A stretch of DNA of 64,000 nt, taken from assembly GCA_032718475.1 (NCBI GenBank), contig JAUCBJ010008092.1, positions 48,315 to 112,314 of the forward strand, given 5' to 3'. The position numbers and the translations under genes are program-made. The DNA is from Nemertoderma westbladi. Lineage: Eukaryota > Animalia > Xenacoelomorpha. The notes below the pieces were generated by a model. The model made no database searches and was not told where the DNA came from. It saw only the letters and a list, made by a program, of their open reading frames with translations. Position 1 is the stretch's first letter. Every line of letters starts with the position of its first letter. Shown here in pieces: positions 48,670 through 59,605 of the stretch.

Positions 48670-50498
48670 TTTACTCTGCTAATCTACAGGAGCTAATAAA
48701 CCAACAGGTTGATGCCATCAATGATGTTGACGACAGCAGGCAATCATCCCAGGCATGGAAATCGATCAATCTGCTTACTGGGCGGAAAAGCCAACCAACC
48801 ACCAAGGTTAAGGCTGAATCACCAGCCGATCGCCTCAATGGTTGGAAAGCCCACTTTGAAAAGCTCCTCAATAATGACAGGGTATTGCCTGATAACTTTA
48901 TAGAAGTAAAAGTGTCTGAGTCTGTACTCCCAGATATTTCCATCGGCGATATCTCCTTTGCAGAAGTGAAGGGTGCTGCTGCAAAGAGCATTAAGACCAA
49001 TCGTGCCAGTGTAGTAGATGGTGTTCCCCCTGAGGTCTTTAAAATACCTGAGTGTTTAAAGCTCATCTATCCCATCATAGTAGACATGTACCGAACAACA
49101 AGAGTCCCACAAGAAATGAAAACAAATAAGTTGGTGCCAGTTCCCAAGAAGGGCAACCTAACACTCTATGGTTCTTTTCGGAGAATCTCATTGATCTCGA
49201 TTGGTGCAAAGCTATACAATAGGATTCTATTAAATCGCATCAGGGATCCCATTGAGAGACTGCTCCGTGGAAATCAGAATGGGTTCCGTAAAGGTCGTGG
49301 GACCATGGAGCCCATTTTGGCACTTAGAAGGATAATTGAAGAGTTATCAAAAAAGAGAGACAGGCATCTGGCTGTTATCTTTGTTGACTTCTTCAAGGCA
49401 TTTGATTCAGTCTCTCGCTCACGTATGTTCAGCATACTTTCATTATATGGGATTCCTGATGAAATTATTGCAGCAATCAGATCAGTATACGATGGTACAA
49501 CAACATTTGTGTCTACTGTTGATGGTGGCACAGAACCATTTGAAGTGTTATGGGGCGTCCTCCAAGGAGACACACTTGCACCATTCTTGTTCATTATTGT
49601 GGTTGACTATGTTCTACGCATGTCCTTAGATCATTATAATGATGATGGGGTGATGATAACTCCACCTACTGGCTCCAGAAGTCGAGGAAATCCTGCCAAG
49701 TACCTAACTGATCTAGACTTTGCTGATGACTTAGGAGTACTCTCAGAATCATTGGAGGGAGCCCAACGGCTCCTCAGCTCATTAGAACATGCTGCTTCTA
49801 GTGTTGGTCTTTTTATTAACTCCAGAAAGACCAAAATTCTGACAGTTAACTTTGAAAGTCCTCAGCAAGTCTCTGATCGGATGAGCATAAGCTCAAAGGA
49901 TGGTATGCTTGAGCATGTGGACGACTTCTGTTACCTGGGATCATGGATCCGGAAGTCAGGTGAGGACCTTCGAATACGTAAGGGAAAGGCATGGGCAGCC
50001 TTGAATAGGCTTTCCAGGATTTGGAAGTCACCGAGAATTAATCGGAAACTTAAGGTCCGATTATTTAGAGCAGCAGTAGTTCCAGTACTCCTCTACGGGA
50101 GTCCATGCTGGGCTCTAACTGCTGAGGACACCAAATCTCTGGATGGCACATTCACAAGAATGCTACGCCGGGTTCATTGTGTCAAGTACAATGCACACAT
50201 CTCCAACCAGACACTATATAACATTGGAGGAGTCTCATTGGTTCCCCCAAGCTTGACACTAGAACAAAATCGCCTCCGCTTTGCAGGACATTGCTTTCGC
50301 CGTGAGGACCAGCCAGTGCATAATCTTGTACTTTGGCAGCCTCATGGAGTGAATAAGCATGGTGGACAGCCCATGACTTTCTTGAGACGCATCTTAAAGG
50401 ACACTGGCCTTAAAGATGCGGATGATCTAGCAAATGTCATGGGTGATAGGGAGTTGTGGCGGTGCAATTTTGTTGACAAGCCGGCACAGCATTCTTAA
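48670..50498 (+). mobile_element. 5'-truncated RTE-like LINE; RT ORF open, endonuclease missing
   Basis: FRRISL, NQNGFRKGRGT, FVDFFKAFDSV, GVLQGDTLAPFLF, LDFADD, YLGS, RLRFAGH. Confidence 0.9.
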
Positions 50499-52269
50499 AA
50501 ATGCAGCTGCAATGCAGCATGCCGATCCTAGTAGTACCCTTCCCAACCACCAATACATTACCGCGACATCTACAACCCACGGAAGGGTAGAACGAACTTA
50601 TTTCCAATCGCACGTTCAATATGCAAAGCCAGGTGGTGTATACTGTATAGGAATATAATCAACGCCCTACTCGTCTTAATTATTATAAGCGTCGTTGCGC
50701 TCGTCCTGTTTTGTATTTAAATATATTTCCTAAACGCGGACTGACAATCTTTATAACTATCGATACGTGCAATATGCGAAACCAGGAATGGTTTATAGGA
50801 ATATAATCAACACAGAACGCAGTACTAAATGCAGTCGATGCAGTAATGATATTCAAATAATTAATTTAATACCAGTACCCTCTGTTAATGCCTCAGTGTA
50901 AAAACTTAGACAATTCAACTACACGGAAATCCCATAAAAAAAATAAGCCTAATATTTATGAGGAAAAAAACAAGTATGGATATAAGCCTTTTGCAGTGGT
51001 AAAATGTTATTGACTGACATTTATTAAATGAGATCTGTCAAACATGCAATTCACCGATAATAGACTGAAAGTAGGGAAGTCAGATTTCCATTTCGTTAGC
51101 TTGCTATGGCCAATCTGTTTACCTGCCTGTACACATGTGGTTAATTACATTCGCATTCCCATTGGAGAGTAACTGGCTGTTCTATACACACACATCCTTC
51201 CCATTCTATCTACCAGCACCGATCGAACTTGGATGTTAACCAATAAATCAGCAGTATTTAATGAGAATCAATTTTTTATGCCGTTTTAATTACTTTAGAT
51301 CAATTAAAGACACAATTATTAAAGCAAATCACTTGAACTAATTAAAAACTATAATAGAATGGGGTATGTGGATTACATATGTATAATTTTTAAGTATAAT
51401 TATTTAAATCTTATACTGTAAAATAATTAATTTCCTTTAAAAGGCAGGTTCAAAATGCTGTTTTTACCGTAATCAACTTAATTTACTAATTAACTGCTAT
51501 TATCTTAGCTTCTCGAAGGCCACACGGAAAAAAACACTGCAAAAAAAGCGACAGAACGACAGAACGAGAACGACAGGTTTATTAATGGTACCACTACGCT
51601 AAGGCTCACTCACTTCGTGGCTCGCCCCACAGGTTGATTAATGGTACCACTACGCTAAGGCTCACTCACTTCGTGGCTCGCCCCACACAGGTAAATAATT
51701 GAATGGTTCTCAAATGATGAATATAAGAGTCCAATTCGAAGTAGCCGCGTGCATCAAAACACCACCGAGCTAAAATTATCTTTATTTGCTGATTTCATTT
51801 CCGATGTCAGTTTTAATATTTGGTGGATGTAGTCTGTCCGCCCGTCGGTTATCTGTCAGTCTGCCGTAGATTATGACAGACACGTTAGAAGACAGCTTTT
51901 CCGCGATCACTAGAGAACTAAAAGAGATCTCTCTAAGCTGTTTTCAGATTCTAAATCCCCAATACATTCAGCTCTAGATGCAATAAAAAATCAAATTTCT
52001 GAATTTTTTCGAGCGGGGGGGGGGGGGTGTTGCACCCTGCAGGGGGGGTGTTGGGTTGCTACCCCACCCTTAACTGTGTTCAAGACCAGTCCAGGAAGTA
52101 TGGTTTTTTTTCATGGAAACAGACCCTACAGGAGGCCCCTAGGTCTACTGTATGTAGGTAACATACAGTACCTGTACCAGTACTGAATCTCTACATACCT
52201 ACCTAGACTGAAAGCAATATGATAACTTAATAAATTAATTGTTGTGGGGTGAGTGACGGTGAATTAAAT

Positions 52270-52993
52270 ATATAATGTAGATAGGACAATATGATAATGC
52301 GCTCCATAGCGAAGAATATCAACCGACCCTGTTGGGGCTCGAACCTGGTACCTAGGTTTCAAACTTCTGGTTATCATCAGCCGGGTGAGCGTACTGAGCT
52401 ACCAGACCGGATGAATATTTCACTATGGAGTGGGAGATCATATTTAGGCCAACTAATCACTCAAAGGAAAGTACAACGTTATTCCCGTGCTCTGCCAGAA
52501 ATGGCAACCATGCCTCAAAGAATGACTAGTATACGGTGTTGTAGAAACCACTGTAACCCAGTATTGACTGGCCCAGGCTGTTAGTTAATAATATTACATT
52601 CAATTCGTACATATTTCATCATACATATTTCATTCAATTCACATCATACTGTACAATTCACTTATTATTGTTAATTAACAGCCTGGGCCAGGCATGCGGG
52701 GTTACAGTGGTTTCTACAACACTGTATAGTGTATAATAGTTATTCTTTGAGGCATGGTTGCTATTTCTGGCAGAGCACGGGAATAACCTTTGAGTAATTA
52801 GTTGTCCTAAATATGATCTCCCACTCCATAGTGAAATCTTCATCCGGTCTGGTAGCTCAGTACACTCACCCGGCTGGTGTTAACCGTAAGTTTGAAACCT
52901 AGGTACCGGGTTCGAGCCCCAACACGCCAACAGGGTCGGTTGATATTTTTCGCTATGGAGATCATTATCATATTGTCCTATCTACATTATATA
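52270..52993. repeat. Fold-back element with about 320-bp arms carrying Pol III A/B-box-like motifs
   Basis: 52270-52590 is the reverse complement of about 52670-52993; TGGTAGCTCAGT (52850) and GGGTTCGAGCCC (52908). Confidence 0.8.
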
Positions 52994-53309
52994 ATATGAT
53001 ACAGTAACTTACCTTAATCGGCGATTCAATTGGAAACTGTAGAGGAATTCGAATCTCATCACCCCAGGAACTAGAATAGAAGCTTTGGACGATTATTCCT
53101 TCGAGATTACGAGCGCTCCAGTTGTAAATAATTTTGGAATCGCGGGCCGTTTTTACGAGTTTAATAATTCCGCCCTTGGATGGAACTCTGTGGATAAAAA
53201 GTGATGTGATTTATTTAAAAAGGACCACAAATTATTTATTTCACAGATTACAGTTTTCGAACCAAATTATTATATACAGTATATATAATTTTACTCGATA
53301 TTGTTAACA

Positions 53310-53880
53310 ACAATGTTTATTGTTTTGGTTAGAAAAACCCGTCTCTGTAACCTGCTCCTTTCCCTGAATTGGTAACAATTGGAATTGTATTTATCATGTT
53401 GGTACAATAAGCCGTCTCTATAACCTGTTCCTTTCCCTCAATTGGTAGCAATAACATCGTTTATTGTTTTTGTTATAAAAAACCGTATCTGTAACCTGCT
53501 CCTTTCCATCAATTGTAACATCATTGTTTATTGTTTTGGTTAGAAAAAGTCGTGTTTGTAACGTGCTCTATTCTCTATTGCTATCAACAACGTTTATTGT
53601 TTTGGTTAGAAAAAGCCGACTATGGTAAAAATATTTTACTGTATATCTGACTATTGCTGTTTGCTTTATGTGTTTTAGTGTAGTTATACTGTAGTTAATG
53701 TGGTGTTAATAGGAGACGGGGGGGGGGGGGGGGGGACTGGACGCAAAACCCGCCTTGGCGAATTAATATCCTGCCTCAATGTTAAATTCTCAATTTAGGG
53801 AAAGGAGCAGGTTACAGTGGCACGTTATTTTAACCAAAACAATAAACTAAACACAACAGAACAGGTTACAGGATTTTATT
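53310..53880. repeat. Degenerate short-period repeats with inverted copies
   Basis: TTTATTGTTTTGGTTAGAAAAA and TGTAACCTGCTCCTTTCC recur 4-5 times; inverted at 53797-53870. Confidence 0.6.
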
Positions 53881-54225
53881 TTTGAGAGTAACCAGCTGTT
53901 ACAGTATTTGTGTCCAATTTCTCCTGGAGAGGGATGTATTTTTAATGCGTCCAGTCCCCCCCCCCCCCCCCCCCCCCACCCCCTATCTGGTTCATTTATG
54001 TAATTTTTTGGGTCGAATTTCTAACATTAGTTCATCTGTATTTTTTAGTCAACCTAGCCCTCCCCCCGGACAGTAGACCCCCACAAACAAAACTAAAGAT
54101 TTTTAACGGGTTAGCAAAATAATCTATAATATTAATATTGTCAAAAAACATTATAATTATTAAGACATACGTCTAGAAATGTATACAGTAAAATTAAATG
54201 TCATCCTAAATACTATCATCCTCGC

Positions 54226-54257
<32 letters not shown>

Positions 54258-55364
54258 TTGCACGCGGGCTAGTGTCCCGAGTCAGGGGGCTAGGCCTACT
54301 GTCCGGAGTCAGGAGACTAAGCCTACTGTCCGGAGTCAGGGGGCTACTGTTGTGATCTTGTCAAGGAGGGGGGTGTTTGGTAGGGGCTGGAAGGGCTGGT
54401 GTCTGGAGGGCCACTGTCCAATGGGCTATTGTTCGAGGGGGCTAATTGTCCTCTAACTCTATGTATATTTCAAGCAAAAAAAGGTGTTCAGAAAAAGGTT
54501 CAGGTGCGCGAAGAAGTCAGATTGACTCTGATTTCCAGATGGTATCCATTTTCGATAGAACTACCCATGTCTATGCAGGTAGGTACTGGAAGTCGTCAAC
54601 TTTCCATATTTAATTATTATCAAATACAAGTGGTCAAGTATCCATTACCATCAATAATTAAAAGCGTGTTATGAGACCCCTTACAATACCCTTACTCGCC
54701 CCATAAATATTAATCATTAATTAAAAGTCATGTATTCGGTCTTGATAAATTTATATGGAATTCAACTTATTCAGCAGCCGTTTCCACTTTGTTCCGTATA
54801 AGTTTTGCATTATGCTAGCGTATTTGTTAGCGGATCCATACCGCTGCACACCATCTACCGAGATAATGGGGAACAGGGTGATTTACGAATCACCCACAGG
54901 TATCCAATATCCAATATAAATGAGGCGATGTGATGTTAAGCTGGGAGATGGTTAACAATTCATTTCAGGGGAGAAGATAGCATAGGGCCAAAGGAACATG
55001 GAATGACACGAGAGGGGGAAAAACCTAACCAATGGGAGGGCCACACATGGCATGTATAACGTGTATCCACTATCCATTGGTCGGTCACCATGTAGGTAGG
55101 ACTGTGATAAGTTTCCATGTACTGTAGTTTCCATGCAGTTTCCATACATATACAGTATGTTACCCAATATCAATGTTAAGTCGGCTATTATCTACTGTGG
55201 ATGTTGGACGGTTTTTGACCATCGTCGCCTAGTACTTACTGATTGTGCTGTGATCCGTTTACCGGTACTTATATATATATATCAGCTATTATGTACAACG
55301 ATAAACCAATAACTCTTGCTCTACATTGGCCTACGGCCTTTTCAGCCTTTAAAGTTACTAGGGC

Positions 55365-56259
55365 GTGGCGACGCGTACAAAACACGACAAATTTCACCCG
55401 ATCAGGATCCGAGGAGCGGATCCGAAAACTAAGGAAGCGTTCTCCATTTATAAACTGTTCTATAAATGTGGAGGATGTATGCGTGCGCAAGACAACGCGA
55501 TTCCTATGTGCTTGAACCCGGAGAACCCCAAGCCGATATTAGCGCATTGCCCACACCACCAGAGTCTGCGTTACCAAGAAGGTGGATACCCTTTGATGAA
55601 TCCGTACCACTGTTTAAGATGAGTGGACCAAACGTGGGCGAGATTGTTGTTTATGAACCCAAATTAGTCGAACCAGACGTCTACAGTATGGTAATAGATG
55701 AATCTAATAAGTCGACACAAGAGAAATGGGAAGCATTAAGCCTCTATAGGGCGTACAAGGTGTACGAGAAAGGTGAGATCGAGGAGTTTGGCGGAAGGCT
55801 ACCATTTTATTGGATATCCTATGATCAAACCGAACCTAAGGAGATGACACCCAAACTCTTCGATAGTATAACCTTTGCTCAGCTTTGGTCGCAGAGACTA
55901 CAGATACCACACGTCGAGATGACGCGAGAATCTCAACCCCATCCTACCAAGGCGGTAGTACCGGTCGCGAGAACAACCAGCTTTCCTATTAGTATACCGA
56001 CCCGAGAGGAGACAACCTACGAGATCCCCATAGTTGAACACCCGGAGATAATTTCGAACCTGGATTTCCTCCCATCGGTAACGTTTGGCGATGTGTTAGA
56101 GGCGGTGGAGTTGCATATGCATAGAACAATAGTTCAGAAAATGGTACGCAACGTGCCTCCACATATTACCGACTTTAAGGAAGGGGATCGCGTGGGGACG
56201 GATATCGCACCTTGCATCCTGCGAGGGTATCTAGCAAAGATGATTCGATTATGGATCGG
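55365..56259 (+). pseudogene. N-terminal fragment of the BEL accessory gene family (one frameshift), truncated at 56259
   Basis: FSIYKLFYKCGGCM...CPHHQSLRYQEGGYP vs FSVYKLFYKCGECM...CPAHQFLRYNEGGYP of 28763-30430; SLYRAYK; KMVRNVPPHITDF / KFLRDVPMQITDY. Confidence 0.85.
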
Positions 56260-56559
56260 TGTTCGCGGTATTTCAACTTTTCATAACGCGAGTTGAATAT
56301 TTTTTGTATTTATTTAAAATTGATTATTCCGATATTACTACTGGGTGCGGGACCATGGGTTTTGGGCACATTCAATGAACTGGGGGGGGATTGATGGGCG
56401 AACTTTGGGGCAACTTACAGGGTACGGGAATAATTTCATAGTTATAAGGGCCAGGGGTGGGAGGCAAAGTTAAGCAGTATTCAGGTTAGCCTGAGTACTA
56501 TTAGGCCCTGGCCAACTTCCTGCTGCCTGTAGGGGTGGATTTGGTAATGCGCCAGGCCT

Positions 56560-57480
56560 AAAGGACAAGGACTGCCCTTAGCGGTCCCTGGCCAACAGCA
56601 GTTATTACGAGACTGAAAAGAACTCGGAACGCTGACTGCTGCTTGAGTCAGGGATTCGCGACGGGAAACGACAGCCCCCTTAGCTAAGCCGTACTGGTTC
56701 TCGATGACCGATCCCTTCGGGGTTCGCGAGGGGTGGGACGGACATGCGAAAGGGTTGGCCGACAAACGACTGCCCCCTTAGCTAAGCCGTACTGGTTCTC
56801 GATGACCGATCCCTTCGGGGTTCGCGAGGGGTGGGACGGACATGCGAAAGGGTGGCCGACTTACAGAGGAAGGGTTTGACGAGGACTGCCCTTAGCAGTC
56901 TCGGGTCAACAGCAGTTATTACGAGCCTGAAAAGGACATCGGAACGCCGGCTGCTTGTACCAGGGATTTGCAACGGGAACCGAAGACAGACCCCTGAGCT
57001 AAGCCGTACTGGTTCTCGATGATCGTTCCCTTCGGGGTTCGTGAGGGGTGGGATGGACATGCGACGGGGTCGAAAGACAAAGGACTGGACGCTACTGGCC
57101 TACCGACTGTTCGGAGCAGTTTCTCGGTTGCCGAAGCGACTACGAACCTGAATAAGGACTCGGAAAGCCTAGGTGGTTGGGTCTCTGCGATGAACTGACG
57201 GACCCGTAGCTAAGCCGTACTGGTTCTCGATGATCGAACCCTTCGGGGTTCGGGAGGGGTGGGACGGATGCTCGAACGGGTCCACCGACACGACAGACTC
57301 CTAGCCAAGCCGTACTGGTTCTCGATGATCGATCCCTTCGGGGATCGGGAGGGGTGGGACGGATAAGCGACAGAGTCTACCGACTGGGCCGACCCTTAGC
57401 CAAGCCGTGCTGGTTCTCGATGATCGAACCCTTCGGGGTTCGGGAGGGGTGGAACGGACACGCAACAGGGTCGACCGACA
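56560..57480 (+). ncRNA. Array of structured RNA modules (6 of motif A, 3 of motif B) upstream of gag
   Basis: Conserved about 62-nt core with cUUCGg hairpin, closed in each copy by a different complementary stem. Confidence 0.7.
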
Positions 57481-58115
57481 CCGACACTACGGCACTAAGA
57501 CCAGGACTGGGGAACATTAGGTAGGCTAAAATCTGGGGAACATTGTGTAGGCTAAAATCTGAGCGAACAGTGGGTAATTAAATAATATACTGTAGGGACT
57601 TATATTGTCATGTGTAATTATTGTGAATATTTGGTGTATATTGATTTGGGGAAGCCCAAAATTATTCTCAATCAGGTTTCAACTGTAGGAAGTTACATTA
57701 AAGAGTATATCCAACCAATGCGACTTTTCCTCAACCGCAATCCTGCATTTAAGAAATTCCTCCTTCTCCAAATTCAATATCCGGTGACTGGGGGGGACTC
57801 TGTGGTCTGTAAAGTCACGTATCCAGCATCGGCGTTTTTCCCCCCTGGTGTAGGGATAACGGCAACAAAATTGAGAATAATTACGGTCAATTTTGACAGG
57901 GTGTCAAAATTGAGAGCAAAACGCGGCCAACTTCAACTGGTGGAAGTTGAGAATCCTTCAATACTCTTTAAAACTCTCTACGTGCTTGCCAGCACCCACT
58001 ACGAGGAAACTCTGGTATTTGAGTTAAGACGAAGTCGTGGTTTTATTAATCAACAAACTCGATCTAACCAACTCGTAGTCGGCAGATCACATATTTGGAG
58101 AGTTGTTAACAGGGA

Positions 58116-58307
58116 ATGGAAGTATCGATCACACCCATTGATATAATCCAAGTTGAGCCAGGAATCTGGCACGTCGAAGTTGAAGTACAAGGAACGAACG
58201 TCGGACGATTCAGGATTACCGTTCGGGTGGTCCAAGCTGAGTACAATACCTACGAGGAACTGTTTTATGACATCGCGTATCTAGCTATCGACGAGGCGCT
58301 ACAATGA
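58116..58307 (+). CDS. Small ORF overlapping the gag start (ATGA)
   Basis: 63 aa; its TGA stop overlaps the gag ATG at 58304. Confidence 0.35.
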   Translation: MEVSITPIDIIQVEPGIWHVEVEVQGTNVGRFRITVRVVQAEYNTYEELFYDIAYLAIDEALQ

Positions 58308-59605
58308 CGACCAATAACGTATCCGATACCGACGAGATGGATCACCACACAGACTCGGAAGCCGACGAGGTACCAAACGTCAAAAACATGACCCGTCGGC
58401 TAGGGGCTCTCAAAGGCGGAGTAACCCGAGCGTATCAACGGATAGAGAAACAACTCAAGGGAATCAAAATCCCCCTCAACGAGATACAAACTCAGCTTCA
58501 AAGTATCCGAAATATCCTACAGCGGTACGAAAGAATGATACAGGCGTACCAAGAGCTAGTTCCCTCCACTGATCAGGAAAACTACCCCAAGTTAGAAGAA
58601 CACGTTGTACATCTAGATGGGTTCCGCAAACAACACCGGAGGACCCTCAGCCTTGTGAGAGGCTATGAAGAACAGTACTACAAGAGAGCTGAAAGAACAG
58701 ACGCGGAATCAGTACGATCCTCCAGCATCAGGACAGCAGTACATCGAAAGAGAATGGGGTCCTCGAGAAACCAGCACTCCAGCGCTCGGAGCACGGTGTC
58801 CGGTTCAGCACACAGCTCTCAAGGGGGTCAACCACTCCGAGACCAGCTACGAGAACAGAAGGCATTAGCCCTCAAAGCTCGGATGGAAGATGAGTACGTT
58901 CAACTGCAAACCGAACAAGATATATTAGCCACCGAAATGCAAAAACAGGAGGCCGAACAAGAGGTCGAACGGCGGGCCGAACAACATAGACAGGAGGTCG
59001 AACAACGGGCCGAACAACATAGACAGGAAGCTGAACAACGTGAACGAAAGGCCAAACAGGAGATCGAACGACGGGCCGAACAACATAGACAGGAAGCTGA
59101 ACAACGTGAACGAGAGGCCAAACAGGAGATCGAACAACGTGAACGAGAGGCCAAACAGGAGATCGAACAACGTAAATGGGAAGCAGAAATGCGTAAACAA
59201 CATGCCGAGGCCCAAGCGATTCTCACCCACAAAAAGAATGCGGATATGGCGAAACTCGCGGAATACGAAGCCGCACTTATAGAACGAGATATTCAACTAT
59301 ACGAGGACTGGGAAAGGGATATAGATCAGGAATATGAGCCAATCCCGGTACCGGAATTAGAGAAGTCATTTGCACCAACAGCGGCGAAACTTCCGAAACC
59401 CGAGATCACGCCTACCATACAGTCTACGTTATCGGCACAAGCACCGGTGTTCCATCCCCCACCGGTTACACTTAAAAATGAGGAACCATATTTCCCGTCC
59501 AACCCCACGGCAACGAGTGTACCCAAGTACAAGCCTGAAAGGGACTCGGAACGGGACGCCACTCCCCGATCCAACAATCCGTTTACATCCCACCACAACC
59601 CGTAG
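58304..59605 (+). CDS. gag: BEL gag N-terminal ORF with EQRAEQHRQE coiled-coil repeats
   Basis: RRLGALKGGVTR motif, coiled coil, LSAQAPVFHP. Confidence 0.85.
   Translation: MTTNNVSDTDEMDHHTDSEADEVPNVKNMTRRLGALKGGVTRAYQRIEKQLKGIKIPLNEIQTQLQSIRNILQRYERMIQAYQELVPSTDQENYPKLEEHVVHLDGFRKQHRRTLSLVRGYEEQYYKRAERTDAESVRSSSIRTAVHRKRMGSSRNQHSSARSTVSGSAHSSQGGQPLRDQLREQKALALKARMEDEYVQLQTEQDILATEMQKQEAEQEVERRAEQHRQEVEQRAEQHRQEAEQRERKAKQEIERRAEQHRQEAEQREREAKQEIEQREREAKQEIEQRKWEAEMRKQHAEAQAILTHKKNADMAKLAEYEAALIERDIQLYEDWERDIDQEYEPIPVPELEKSFAPTAAKLPKPEITPTIQSTLSAQAPVFHPPPVTLKNEEPYFPSNPTATSVPKYKPERDSERDATPRSNNPFTSHHNP

Noticed and set aside
52843-52925. tRNA gene
   Set aside because: A/B-box-like motifs are present but no convincing cloverleaf; it is part of an inverted-repeat element.
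56698-56750. Hammerhead, twister, twister-sister, pistol or HDV ribozyme call for the leader motif
   Set aside because: CTCGATGA is not the CUGAUGA core, no consistent GAAA partner exists, and I could not fit the other consensus folds by eye.
56660-57480. CRISPR-like repeat-spacer array
   Set aside because: Repeats are about 62 nt, the intervening sequences are related to each other and pair around the repeats, there are no cas genes, and the context is a eukaryotic TE.
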